Shown here piece after piece: positions 21,696 through 34,281 of a stretch of 64,000 nucleotides of DNA. The DNA lies in NCBI GenBank assembly GCA_965202585.1, contig OZ241827.1, positions 45,632,001 to 45,696,000 of the forward strand. The letters run 5' to 3'. How positions within the stretch are numbered: the stretch's first letter is position 1; every line of letters begins with the position of its first letter. The DNA comes from Thalia democratica (taxonomy: Eukaryota). The notes under the pieces were generated by a model. That model was not told the origin of the DNA. It worked only from the letters and a program-made list of their open reading frames with translations, and searched no databases. The position numbers and the translations under genes were made by a program.

Positions 21696-23819
21696 TTTAG
21701 AAACTTGTTTTTAATGATTAGAGTTAGTGTTTGTATAAAATATTAAGTGGTAGGTTTATTGTAAACTTCAATTTAAAAGATACATCTAAAAAGTATGTTT
21801 AAAATAGTCCAGAGTCTTTAAAGTAATTGCGACTCGATAACCGAAAGTTTTTTTGTGCACCAGGTCCTAGCACCAAATATTTTGAGCGTATTTTTTTGTC
21901 GTTCAATAAAGTATGTATTCAAAGGTTAAAAATAAAAAATTTTTAAAGAATAAAAATGAAATGTAAATGATAAAATCTAATTTTATTTGCATTTATACAT
22001 ATATATATTACCCACAGCTGTCCGCAATTGGAAATTGAAAAAAAAGCTGTTATTTAATAAAACTATGAAAAACTAAGTATGTATAAAAATAATTTTGTTT
22101 CTTTTTAATTAGTTAACATCAAAGTGTGTCTTTAACATTTTTTTATTTTGTTTTATTACTTTATTTTTATACAACAGTATACAAAAAGACACTACTCATT
22201 ACAGTAAAACTAGAGAAGTTTTACTCAATTTTCATCAGTAGTTACATAGCAATAAATATAAAAACAAGTTTCATCTTATAAAGCCTAATCGAAAAAATCA
22301 AACCTTAACATATAAAAACTTCGAGCGTACTTGGTAAATTTTATGAAAAAAAAATTGTACCAACATTAAGTTATACTAAACTGTACATAATCCTTCCCTA
22401 TAGAGTAAGATTATAGTTTTAATTTTCTAAATGCATTATTACAGTTAAGTTTGCTAATTTATAAAAAATCTTAAGCACAAAGATACTTTAAAGTTTTAGC
22501 ATTAATAAACTACTAAAATCTGATTAATTAAAAATTTTAAGCTTGACATTATAACAAAAAGGATAAAAAAAAGTTTTTATAGTTTAATATTTTATAACAA
22601 AATAGAAAGTTAGCTGATATATGTACATTTGATACATGTCAAACCTTAATTAGAAATTTTAATTAACTATTCAAATATTTTACCCACTGTATCATATTTT
22701 ATTAAGGACTATTAAACACAGGAAGGGGAAGAAAAAATTAGGCGAGTGTTTTTACTTTTATAACGACTGTCCTGGACATGACGTTAAAAGGCATCCAAGT
22801 GGTGTACAACTCGATAACCAAAAGTTTTTTTAGTGCACTGGTCCTGGGAGCAAATATTTTGAGCGCTCTTTTTTTGTCGTTCAATAAACAATATATATAT
22901 ATATAATAATTCACAATGTTTCAGGTGTTTAAAATAAATGTATTTTTATAACAAATATAATTACTAATTAAACAGATATTAATATTTATCATAAAAGAAG
23001 TTTGATCAAGTAAGAAGTGCTTACTTATTTATAAAAGTGCTTGAGTTCACATTAAAATAATCTTTGGAAAAAAATTGTTTTATAAATTTACAAAAAAAAA
23101 TTGAACGATAGTTTTATAATGAATCACAACAATTAGTTCATTTAGGTAAAACAAGAGACAAAACAAACATTTTATAAACTCTCAATTTAAATTGTTTAAT
23201 TACTCGCGGGCCGGACTGTATAAAAAAGTTCTTCCGAGAGCCGTAGTTGTTTCAAGTTATTTGAAATAATCAACAAAATAAAAACTATTTTAGACTGAAA
23301 ATGTAAAAAAATAAGCAAAAATCGAACATTAGTAATAAGAAATTATTGATTTAAAAGACTAGTTTTAAGCTATTAGCAGAAAAAATTAACTTAAAACTGA
23401 CCGAAAAACATTCTGACCTTGTCAAACATATAAAAAAAGAGTGAAACCCTAGTTTTTTGTTTATGTTTTTACGCATGATAATTTTAGTTTTTAATGTATA
23501 AACAACATTGATACATTGCAGTCACTATTTTGTTATATATTTGACTAGGTCAGAATGTTTTTCTCACCGAAACCGGTAATAAAAACAAGGCTGATTAGCA
23601 AATTTATTATTTATTATTATTAAAATAAAAGTTAACCAATCTATTTCAAAACTAAGTTTAACAATTAAATTTTAGTATGTCAGTTAGCAAATCATCTTTT
23701 TTGGTATGGCTTCTAGTGCTTATCTAAGAGTTCAAAATATTTATAAATTATTTAAAACATTGCACATCATCTAAAAAACTTGATATAAATACATCATTTC
23801 GTTTCTTATATTAAGGGCA

Positions 23820-23880
23820 AGATGAAATGATAAGGCGTTTGTTCTCATAACGAATGTGATAGAACCGGAAGTTTTTCTAT
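23820..23880 (+). promoter_or_regulatory. Likely promoter of the multicopper oxidase with an ETS-type site
   Basis: ACCGGAAGT (ETS/GABP consensus) lies about 200 bp upstream of the oxidase ATG in a locally less AT-rich patch. Confidence 0.4.
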
Positions 23881-24066
23881 GTATTACTCTTTGAATCCTT
23901 TTTCAAAGCATATTGCATTTGTAAATGTAAACTAAAAATAAAATTAATTGTTTATCCACTTTGTTTAAGAAATTGTATTTTTAACTTGAAGTAGTACTGT
24001 AAGTTATGTTAGAAAGAGATGGTGTTTATAAAAGTAATAAAACTTATTTTGTTTAAATTTTTTAGC

Positions 24067-27000
24067 ATGTTACTAGAAATTATTATATTTTTGATAAATA
24101 TATTGTTTTCAAAATATGAAGAGAAGAAAGTTATCTGTTGTAGCAACTATAGACCATGCAATTTTAGAGGTAATATTTTAAGCTATTTGTTTTTTTATTA
24201 AACTACGATTGAATTTTCATAAAACTAAAATAAACAAAACTTTAAAGCTTTAAAATATATTTATAATGGGTGGGTGTCACAGTTGCACGAGGGGACACTT
24301 TTTCACAAAGTAAGCACTTAAAGAGGTACGCATCAGCGTAAAGTACGGTGCGCAGTTAACGCGGGTGCGTAGCTCTTTAAGTGTGTACTTTGTGAAAAAG
24401 TGTCCCCTCGACTTAGTTAATCTTTTTATTCTATTTATACTTATCTAAAGTAAAAACTATCTATGTTATTGAAAATAAAATTAAAATTTAGAATTAATTA
24501 TAGGTTTTGAAGATTTTGAGCAGCCAAATATATTGCGGTCTACAAATGGAGTTTTGAGAGTAGAACTGAATGTGCAAGTAGCTGAAATAGAAATAGATTG
24601 GATGAAAACAATGCGAAGAACTTACAATGGAAAACTAAACTCTGATGTTTGGCTCGTTCACCGTAATGATACTATTCTATTAAAAATTGTTAGTATAAAA
24701 ATATACTTTTGTATAAAGTTTTTAAAACTTTGCATTAACTAAATCTTTTTCTGCCTTCAGTACTAGATATTTAAAAGTTTGAAATACTGACAGTCGAGCA
24801 TTGTAACAGGTGAACCAGCTGGGACTACCTGACCCAGCAGCTCCTTTGAACTCATACAGATTTCCAAACACGACAAATATTCATACTCACGGTTTACACA
24901 TCGATTCACAGGTAGATTATCAATTTCTTATTATATTTCATCTATAAGAAAAGATTAAAAATGTTTTTAACTAATGTTTTATTCTAAAAAAATTAAAAAA
25001 ATGTGCTGTATTAGAAGTTTGAAATGAGCGTAATTTAATGCAAGTATAACACAAAAAAATAGAAACTAAAAAATTCTTTTTAAGGACCCACAAGACAACG
25101 TGTTCCGCCAGGTGCCGCCGGAGAGTATAGCTAAGTATGAGTACAAAATAAATGCTTTACAACCATCAGGAACTTACTGGTACCACCCACACTTTCATGG
25201 CGCGACTGCATTGCAAGTACTTATTTTGTAAAAATGAGCCGCATGTTACATACAATGAAGTATACTAAGAATTGGCAGCCTTTAATATGTAATGGACATA
25301 ATAGAAACTCGTAAAATCTTGATATTTCGCTCATTAAATAACTTGTTAAAAACAGTATTTCGCAGTCTGCGGAATTTAATGAGCTTACATTAAAAATATG
25401 CTCTAAAGTAATGTAAAAAATATACAATTATAAAATAAACTATATAACTTACTACTAATTTTATTAGCGATAGACCAATAAGTCTTTATAAAGGTATTAA
25501 TTAATCATCAAAAATGTTTTTCACAACTTTTAATAATAAAACATGTTTCTGACTGAATCTCGCCAAACACTGTTAGCCTTACTTATTTTTAAGTATTTAT
25601 AAACTATAAAAAGTTTAAAAAGTAGATTATTACAGTTTAAAAGCATCTTCTTTTAATTTCAACTATCAAAAAACTTTATTTTTTTCCTTAAAAGATTTGC
25701 GATTAATAAAAGTTTTTTTGTGAATTAAAAATGTATAAAGTTTAGATTTAACAGCTCTATGTAGAAAACTAGCTCACAACTTATCTACTTAAAGAGCAAC
25801 GGAGGTATGGGTGGGGCAATCGTGATATCGGACGAGAAAGAAGAAACTCCGGTCTACTTATGGGAGGTTTCATGTCCGACCAGTTGCCAACATGATATTA
25901 TTCTTATGCTGCAGCCAGTCCTAGTGTATGCGGATAAGAATGGTAGAGGCTATTCACAGATGCAGAAAAAAATTAACGACTCTTTACTTTTTAGGTATAA
26001 ACGTTTTTTGACTTAAGTACATAAAACTTGTTTTTAAACTGTTACAAAACAGTTTTTCAAGAAAAGTAAAAGAATTTCAATCAACAAAAAAATATGCGAA
26101 AGTCTACGGAGCAGAAGCCTGCACTTTCGTATACCGTGAGACAAGCTCAAGTTTAACAAAAGGGTTGCTCATACCAATTCGATCATCAGACCACAAGCTT
26201 TGGTAGACTGAAACCGGTTTCGTTCTCTCGGTCTCAGTCTACCGAACCTAATGTAATTAAAAAAAATATATTAATCTAGTTTTTTTTAACTTATTTAATA
26301 CATGTTTAAAGGGTTAAAAAACACTATAAAAATGTTTAAAGACAATCGTTTTAATTCACAGGTTAAGTCAATACATAATTTCAAAAGAAGAAACCTTTGA
26401 AGATTATGCTGAAAAGAACATTAGACACTACACGACTAATGGGAAATTATGGCCGAAGCTAATTATCACAACAAATCAAAGGAAGCGTTTTCGGTAAAAC
26501 TTTTTTTTATTTTATATTTATTTTTTATTTATTTAATCTGTAAATTATTAGGCAGTTTATTTCTAAGTATAAGAGGTGTACATAATTTTTTTAATATATA
26601 GAAACGTTGCTATAAAAACTTAAATAAGTGCAACTTTATTCGCTTAAAATGGTATTTTTATTAAATCTAAATTGAAATTAACAACTTTAAGTATTTAAAA
26701 GTTGAATATGTTTTCAATATTTCCTAAATTAAATTGAATAAAAATGTTTAATCCGTCTATCATAACAAATAATAATACATTTGTAATAAAGTTTTTTACA
26801 TTAGGTTTATAAACGGTGGTGGAGTTGACGTCTTAATATTGCAATTGTTTCGATTACGTTCCGGTCACTTGAGTCCAAGTACGAACTGCGCTTTGTACGA
26901 AATAGCAAATGATGGAATCTACTTTGACTATCCAGCAAAATTGCGTTTTAACAAAACAGTTTTGCCTCCAGGAAGTAGGGCTGACTGGTTAATTTCTTGT

Positions 27001-30000
27001 AAAAACCCAGGAGTGTATGAAGTTTGTTTAGATAGTTGGATTTTTTAATAATTGAACTTGTAATTAAATATAGTCCGACGTAGACAAAAATAAAATTTAT
27101 GCAAAGTCTCTAAAAATTTCTCAAATGATCTTATTTATTAAAAATAACGATTGATTAGTAAGTAAAAAAAAAGTGCAGTAAACAATAAGTACGTGAACCA
27201 ACAATTGTCAAAAACAATATTAATTACATTAAAATATAGTTTTTACCTATAACAAATCTAATTAATCTCAGTTTTTGTGTTAGTTTATATAAAAACGTGA
27301 AATAGTTTTATATTTTCTTGCTTAAGTACACATAAAACTTAATTTTAATTGTTTTTAATTGAAGGTTTACCAAAACTTTCTAATCTAGACATATAAGCAT
27401 ACATAAGCTATTTTGTTTTTGATTGTAACTTAACCTTAATTCCATTAGTTTTAACTAAATAAAAAACTAGTACAAAATATATTTTGAGGTTAAATAATAA
27501 AAAACTATTTTTAAGAATTTTTCTGCAGTAAGTTTATAATACTTTGTATTTAATGTAAGCAAAAGTTGCCTTAAAAAAGTTTCAGTAACTTTGAAAGTAA
27601 TAAATTTTAAACAGTATTATACCGGATAAAGTTATCTATTTTGGATCTAGCCCTAACTTAATTTAAATTAATTTTCATCTAAAGTCAATATAAAACAGCA
27701 TATTATAGTAACACTCCCTCAAAATTTACTATATTTAAATATCTACTTATTTTAAACATATTTAATACGCATGGACATCATTAAATATATATTCAAATTT
27801 TATGTCTCTTACATTAACAGCACATCTCATTTAATGACAACCAAACAAAAGTAGTGATAATTCTTCAGAAAAAAAAGTGTTATATGTAAATATTTAGCCG
27901 GATGTCCTATGTTTTTACATTTTAGTTAGTTAGCACTTTGCTCTTAAAGTTTTTATTTTTAAAAACAAATATAAGTTTTGTTTTTAATTTTTAACTGATT
28001 TTGAAACTTAAAAACTGATAAACTCCAAAAAAATCTTTACAGAGTTGCTTATACTGTTTATTAAATATCTAAACTAATGTTTTAAAATGTCTTTTTAGCT
28101 CAAAACCGATCCCTATACATCTTGTCAAACCAAATTTAAATTGTTTTCGTTACTAACTTGTAAGTTATAAAACAACGTTTTACTCTGCAGTCATTTAAAA
28201 ACCTATTTTTAGTTGTTTTAAATCAACTTTATTTCACTCCATCTTGTTATATAGATTCATGCAGTAAAACAGACTGAGCAAGAAGACTACTCGTTAGGAG
28301 GAATTTCAGCGTATCAAGGTAGGATTCTCAGGCTTCTTGTAAAACACAACTACGAAAAAACGGATCTTACCAAAATAAATGGAAGCTTACCATTACGACC
28401 GAAATTCTTACGTGATCTATCAAAAGATGAAGTTAATTCTCAATTCATTGTTGAGCTGAGTTCCAATCTGAGACTCAACCGTGAACAATTTGTAGATGCA
28501 GTTAACTATAAGTAGGATTGTTTGGAGTCCTTAAAACTTAATTTCCTTTTTAATTATAATTAATTAAACTCAAAAGTTTTTGTGATTACGTAGTAATTAC
28601 GTGAAGAAATATTCTAATAAATTTTTACTGATTTATAAAATAACTATAAAGCTTCTACTAACTAGCTTTTAAAAGCTTAAAAGTATAAACAAACTTAAAG
28701 TTTTTACTTATTTAAAACATTAAAAAATATATATTTAGACGCTAATATTAACAATAAATAACATAAAAAAGTTAGCTAAATTCGCTACTAAACTTCACAA
28801 GTTATAGATGTATATGTTTTTAATTTAATTACTCAATTAGTGTTTGTGGTTGCTTTGTTATTGTGAAAACAAACAAATAGCTAATTAAATAGGTTCGCAT
28901 GCGAAGAAGGGAGTGTCCAGGAATGGTTTCTGGTAAATTCTGCCACTGATGCTGTTCACCCCTTGCATATGCATGTCAACAGTTTTCAAGTTTATATTTT
29001 TATTCTTTTAAAAAAATTGTTATTATCTACTTTGTAATAATAAGATTAATAAACATCCTCCAATGCATTTTTGATGTTTAAAATACTTCTTTATGATAAT
29101 AACGTTTATAGATAATCGGTTACAACAAATTTAATGGACCAATCAACAGCAAGAAATCAAACGCCTTTTTTGATTTACAAAGTCAAAGAATGTGTGAAAC
29201 CCAATATACTGGATTTGAAAAAAGTCTGTTTTGTTAAACACTATTCTAATTTTTTAAAACTAAATTGTTTCAATTAACTGAAAGTTTATTTACTACCAAA
29301 TAAACTTATTTATGTATATAATTCTAAAACTAAATCAATATTTTTAAGTCAGTAATTTATTTATTTTCAAAACTAGTAGCTAAGGTTTTTCTAAAAAGAT
29401 AAAACTAAAAGCCTGATTTTCGGTTGTAACATCTTAAAATTAAACTAAATATGATTTCTGTTACAAATAAGAAATTAGTGCATATAAAATAAAATTATTT
29501 TCCAGTTAAATTTTATTAAGGCCCAGCATAAAAAGCTAATTTATCGGGACATATAGACATATTTTTTTTACTAACTACAAATAATTGCGTTTCAAATAAG
29601 ATATTAAAGTTTTAATTGTGCTTATTACTCAAGATGCCTCTTACGCGTATCCAAGCTCTGAAGACCTAAAGTATCTTGGCCATGAAACAAGGTTCAAAAG
29701 TGCTAAAGAGGACTCCATTGGATATGTATATGGCAAGCGTTTTCGAGATGTTATTGTAGTACCTCCTTTGTCAAACATTACAGTAAGACATGTCTGTATA
29801 AAACATTATACTTTGAACGAACAAATCATTGTCAAAATTATTGCGTTTGATACCTCATTAGACCACATATCTAGCTTACACCATTACGATTTCAGGTAAG
29901 ATTCGTTGCCGACAAGTACATAGGAGGTGTTGTGGTTCATTGTCATATTTCCCAGCACGAAGATGTCGGTATGCTTTTCACATACAATGTCGTATCTCCA

Positions 30001-31663
30001 GGTTGATGATACAATTTTTTTATAAAACTAAGTGAAAACATAAGTTATGTACATGTTACAAAACCTTAGATAGCTTATTTAAAGTAAATCCTTTACTTCG
30101 AGCGAATACTTTTATACTAATTTTTTATGCTAAACTTAGCTGACTTAGCTTATGCCAATAAATAATCAAAAGTGTTGAACAATTAAAGTTAATTGTTTCT
30201 TTGAAATTAAAAAACTTTTGTTCAGATCTCTATATAGATATTTATATAACATTACTGAATACGACTTAAGAAAACTACTTTCAGTTACTCAGCTATAGAG
30301 TTGTTTTGATAGAGTGTTTTTCAACTTTTCAGAATAGTATTTATTTTTATTTTGTGTTAATAACGAGCTTGTAGTAAAATTTTATAATTTATTATAATTA
30401 ATTTATTTCATAGTACAGTAGACTACCGCTTAAGTACGCACTTTTTTTGGTACGCACCTCGCCTTAAGTACGCACTTACCTAGAAAGACAAAAAAAATTC
30501 TAAATTTTCTTAGACTTAGATTTTTTCTAAAGATTTGTTCCATAGAGTCATTTTCTGACACTTTCCATCCATTTTTCTAAATTTCTCTAAACTTTTCTAA
30601 AATTTATAAATCTTTTTTATTCAAAAACTTTCAGAATATCTGCAAAAGAAAGGCTAATTTTAATGTGACATAATACAAAACTAGTTAACCACAAAAACTA
30701 GTTACAATTTTTATAAAGTCAAAATAAACATATAAAAAAAAGAAACAACAACAAAAAACTAAGTTTAAAAAAAGTTAATGAGCACCTTATCATTGTGCAC
30801 TTATACTATAAATGTTTCTACTCATATAATTTTTTTTTACAAAAACAGTCCTGAAACGTTTTTCTTTCAAATAAAATAAAATCAAGCACTTTTTAGCTAA
30901 CGGAAAATTATAATAAATGTATTAAGTAAACTAAACTTAGCTTGACTAGCATTATGTAGAAACTTTTTATAGAAAAAATAAATCATTTTAAAAAATAATC
31001 TAATAAAAAAATTTTCAGATTAGAGTTATGTATCAAATGCTATTTAAAATAAAAAGACTTAATTATTTGGCTTAATTATTTGGTGGCTAGTTGTAAGAAA
31101 GAAAACAAACAACTAAATTTCATATTATACTATGTCGTCAAAAAGTACGCACTACCCGTGCTAAGTACGCACTTTTTGGTCGGGTTCAATTTGCGTACTT
31201 AAGCGGTAGTCTACTGTAAACTATTTAAGCTGTATCTTTTTACTTTTTTATTTTTTAAAAACACTTAAGGTATTTTGGTATATTTCAAAAGCTAGCTAAG
31301 ATGATTAAGTTTTTAAATTTTTTTTTTTTTTATAATTATTCAACGAAACAAGTTCATTTAAGTAAGTACTGCAAGTATCAATTTTCAAATACCACTATCA
31401 AACTTTTTATCATTTTAAAGTACTTGTAAACTCTCTTGTTATAAAAACAAAAGTAAATATAAAGCTCTCTTGTTATAAAAACAGTTGTAATTTCGATTTG
31501 AATATACGTTGAATTTATAAGTTTTAATAAATGAAAAATGGTTTTAATAATATTTTTATTAGGTGATGAATTAGCAGCAAACATTGCGGACAAACATGGA
31601 GTTTACCCAAGTCAATGTTGGAAAAACACCACTTACCCTTTCACGACTATGAACGCTCTGTGA
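24067..31663 (+). CDS. Secreted three-domain multicopper oxidase (laccase-like), 13 exons, about 630 aa
   Basis: Exons 24067-24169, 24504-24688, 24810-24911, 25085-25216, 25795-25994, 26362-26493, 26805-27021, 28255-28511, 28893-28989, 29112-29223, 29634-29782 (alternative acceptor at 29601 is also in frame), 29896-30001 and 31563-31663 splice in frame (1893 nt). All four Cu motifs are present: TNIHTHGLH, YWYHPHFHG, HPLHMH, HCHISQHEDVGM. The hydrophobic N-terminus MLLEIIIFLINILFS looks like a signal peptide. Confidence 0.9.
24288..24410. mobile_element. 123-bp palindromic MITE with mariner-like CGAGGG termini
   Basis: The left end CGAGGGGACACTTTTTCACAAAGTA and its exact reverse complement at the right end, with further internal pairing. 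No clean TA duplication. Lies in oxidase intron 1. Confidence 0.75.
30416..31216. mobile_element. Non-autonomous Tc1/mariner (pogo/Tigger-like) element, 801 bp
   Basis: Perfect 25-bp TIR CAGTAGACTACCGCTTAAGTACGCA, TA on both flanks, subterminal AAGTACGCAC repeats and no coding capacity. Lies in the last intron of the oxidase gene. Confidence 0.9.
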
Positions 31664-33219
31664 ATGACACTTCTTACAAAAAAGAAATTACCAAAGTTCT
31701 ATTGTGATTTTAACAAAAGCGTAATTTCTTCTTAACGTTTTTTGTCTAAATTTGCTCAGATATCACAAGAAAAAAGATAAAAATAAACCATTGTGAATTT
31801 TAACAAACAACAATTTATAATAAGAGCTTATTACTAAGATTATTTTTTACAAATTAGTATATTCTTTTAGATTAAAAGCACTTTTGAAACTTTCCTTTCA
31901 ATAAAAAAAACCTATCCTTTATATTTACATTGTTATGAATAAACAAACAAAGCAATTTAAACAAATAAAGTCTTTTTGTTACCAATTTCAACTGCGCTTA
32001 CTTTAAAAATTTTAACTTTGTTTTTTTATTGATCTTAAACATCGTCTTATTATTGTCAACCACAGCCTCAGACTACGTGTCAAAACAAAGCAGTTAATGA
32101 CGCAATTTCTACAATTTTGTGTCATTACTTCGAAGCAAAAATTAGAGTTTACTCCCTACATTAAAAAGTGCACACGTGCAAATTAGTTTCATAAAATTAA
32201 AATTTTATGGTGTTATTGTTGCAATAAACTTAGAATACAATCGAGTTCTCAAATTAGTTCTTCTCAAGGTTATAAATCAAAATAAGCTTTAATTTTGCGT
32301 TTAGTAAAGTCAAAAATCAAAAGACTAAAAAAAAAAATACTTTCAACAACAACTGTATGAAAAAAATTAAAATAGCTAAATTTATTTTTCATGTAAGACT
32401 TAAATCAAAGACAAAAATATATTTTAAGTCTCACCAAAAAATTATTAAAATAACATTTTTTCCAATGAAAAACTATAAATTAACAACTGCATTCGTATAG
32501 ACTTATAAACTTTGTGATTAGAATTTCAAATAGTTTTATAAAAACTCTTTAGGAAAATTTGCACTGACATTAAGAAGCTTATTTTATAAGATTTTTAAAA
32601 TAAAACTTCAGTTTTAGTAGCTAGTTTTGTAATTTTTTTTTTAGTCTGTTCATTTTTGAGTACAACTTTTTAAAATATTTTTTCCAAAAAAAATCTTATC
32701 TTAGGAAACTATAATGAGTAGTATTGTCTTCATAATGCACTAAACTTGTTTAATAAATCAAAGATGATAAAATAGAATATTAAAAGATGATAATGCACTT
32801 AAAGATTATATATTAAAAAAACGAATAATAAAAACTAATGAAGTTAAAATATATTGTCTTTATACATTTTAGTATAAAAAATAAGCTGCTATACAGTAAG
32901 CAGAAAAAACAGTCAAATACAAACACTTTTGTACGTATCTTATAAGTTTTAAAAATATAAAGGATTACATTTTTATAAAATTGAAAGTTTTTACAGTTAT
33001 AAAAGTTAAAAACTTTAGATAACAAACTTTTATGTAAAAATTATAAAATAATAACGATTACAAAAACTTTGAAACAAATCACTTAAACATTAGTTGAATT
33101 AATTAAACATGCATAATGACTTGGTGTACAATTTAATCTTAAAGTACTTTAAATGAAAATTAACCTTTAGATTTTAATTTAACCAAAATCAGGCTGGATT
33201 TTTTTTGTATTTTCAACAC

Positions 33220-33560
33220 TTTTGGGCGTGCGAGAGACCGTCCGAGCGACGAGACGTAGAAAAAGCTTTATTATAGCTGCGACTGCTCGGTCTTTTGCCG
33301 TATAATTTTATTTCGTTTTTATTTTGTAGCAGTTCGCTTCAAGGCCGTAGCAGATTTAACCGCGCGCATGTGCTTATTGGTAGGTTATAAATTAGGGTGG
33401 CTTTAGCAAAAAAGGCATTGTCATTTTGTGAGTGAGAGAAAGTTGTTAGCATAGTGGTCAGTGCTGACTACCGGCAGACCACTTAATAAGTTGTTAGCTA
33501 GCCTTTCTTTAACTCGTAGTTACTTTTACGTGCTACTCAGAGATTTTGTGTGTCTCAAAA
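33220..33560 (+). promoter_or_regulatory. Likely promoter / non-coding first exon region of the RhoGEF gene
   Basis: CpG-rich island about 0.7-1 kb upstream of the ATG with an NRF1-like CGCGCGCATGTG. A downstream acceptor TTTTGTTGCAG near 34190 implies a 5' UTR intron or outron. Confidence 0.4.
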
Positions 33561-34281
33561 GTCAAAGAAAGCGATGTTTCTAATACTGTATGAATGTTAT
33601 TATAAGTTCTCATTTTTGACTATAAAGTTTGTTGTAGAAAGTAAGAATTTTAATAGCTTAATTATTATTAAAGTTGTATTGTTAAATATACACCTTATGA
33701 AAAGACAACATACAAACAGTTGCATGTTTAGACAACATTAGTTTTAAGTTATTAAAATAGTTATTATTTTACTTCGCTATTAATTATCTTACAAAATTAG
33801 AGAAAAAAAAGTTTTTTTGAAATAAGTACTGCATGTAAATGGTATTTAAAATTTTTTTATGCTTTTGCTATTGTTTTTATTTATGAAAAACCTAAGTTTT
33901 ATTGATTTCGAAATGAAATAGTTCTACCGAATAATCACTAATTGCGCTATTTGATAAATCAAATTGTTTAATATACGATAATTTTTATTAAATATTTTTG
34001 CTGGTAGAATTTTTTAAATTCTGAACAGTTTTATAATTTTTTGCAACATATTAAAGCTTTTATGACTTTTGTATGTAAAATTAAATTCCTACGCTAAGTA
34101 TAGAACTTAAACTATTTGATAAAAATGTTAAACGGAAAGCAGCATACTTAGGAAATTTTTACTGTTTTAACTATTTGTTATTTTGTTGCAGAATCTATAC
34201 AACAATAGTTTTAGCTATCGAACCACCTTACCATACTAATTGCACTGCCTTTATTTTATTTCAACTGCCACAAAGAAACGA

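Noticed and set aside
31378-33741. Short AT-rich ORFs at 31378, 32813 and 33550 (also 19183, 25221, 45965, 53047, 56351)
   Set aside because: Low-complexity F/I/K/L/Y-rich translations typical of chance ORFs in AT-rich DNA.
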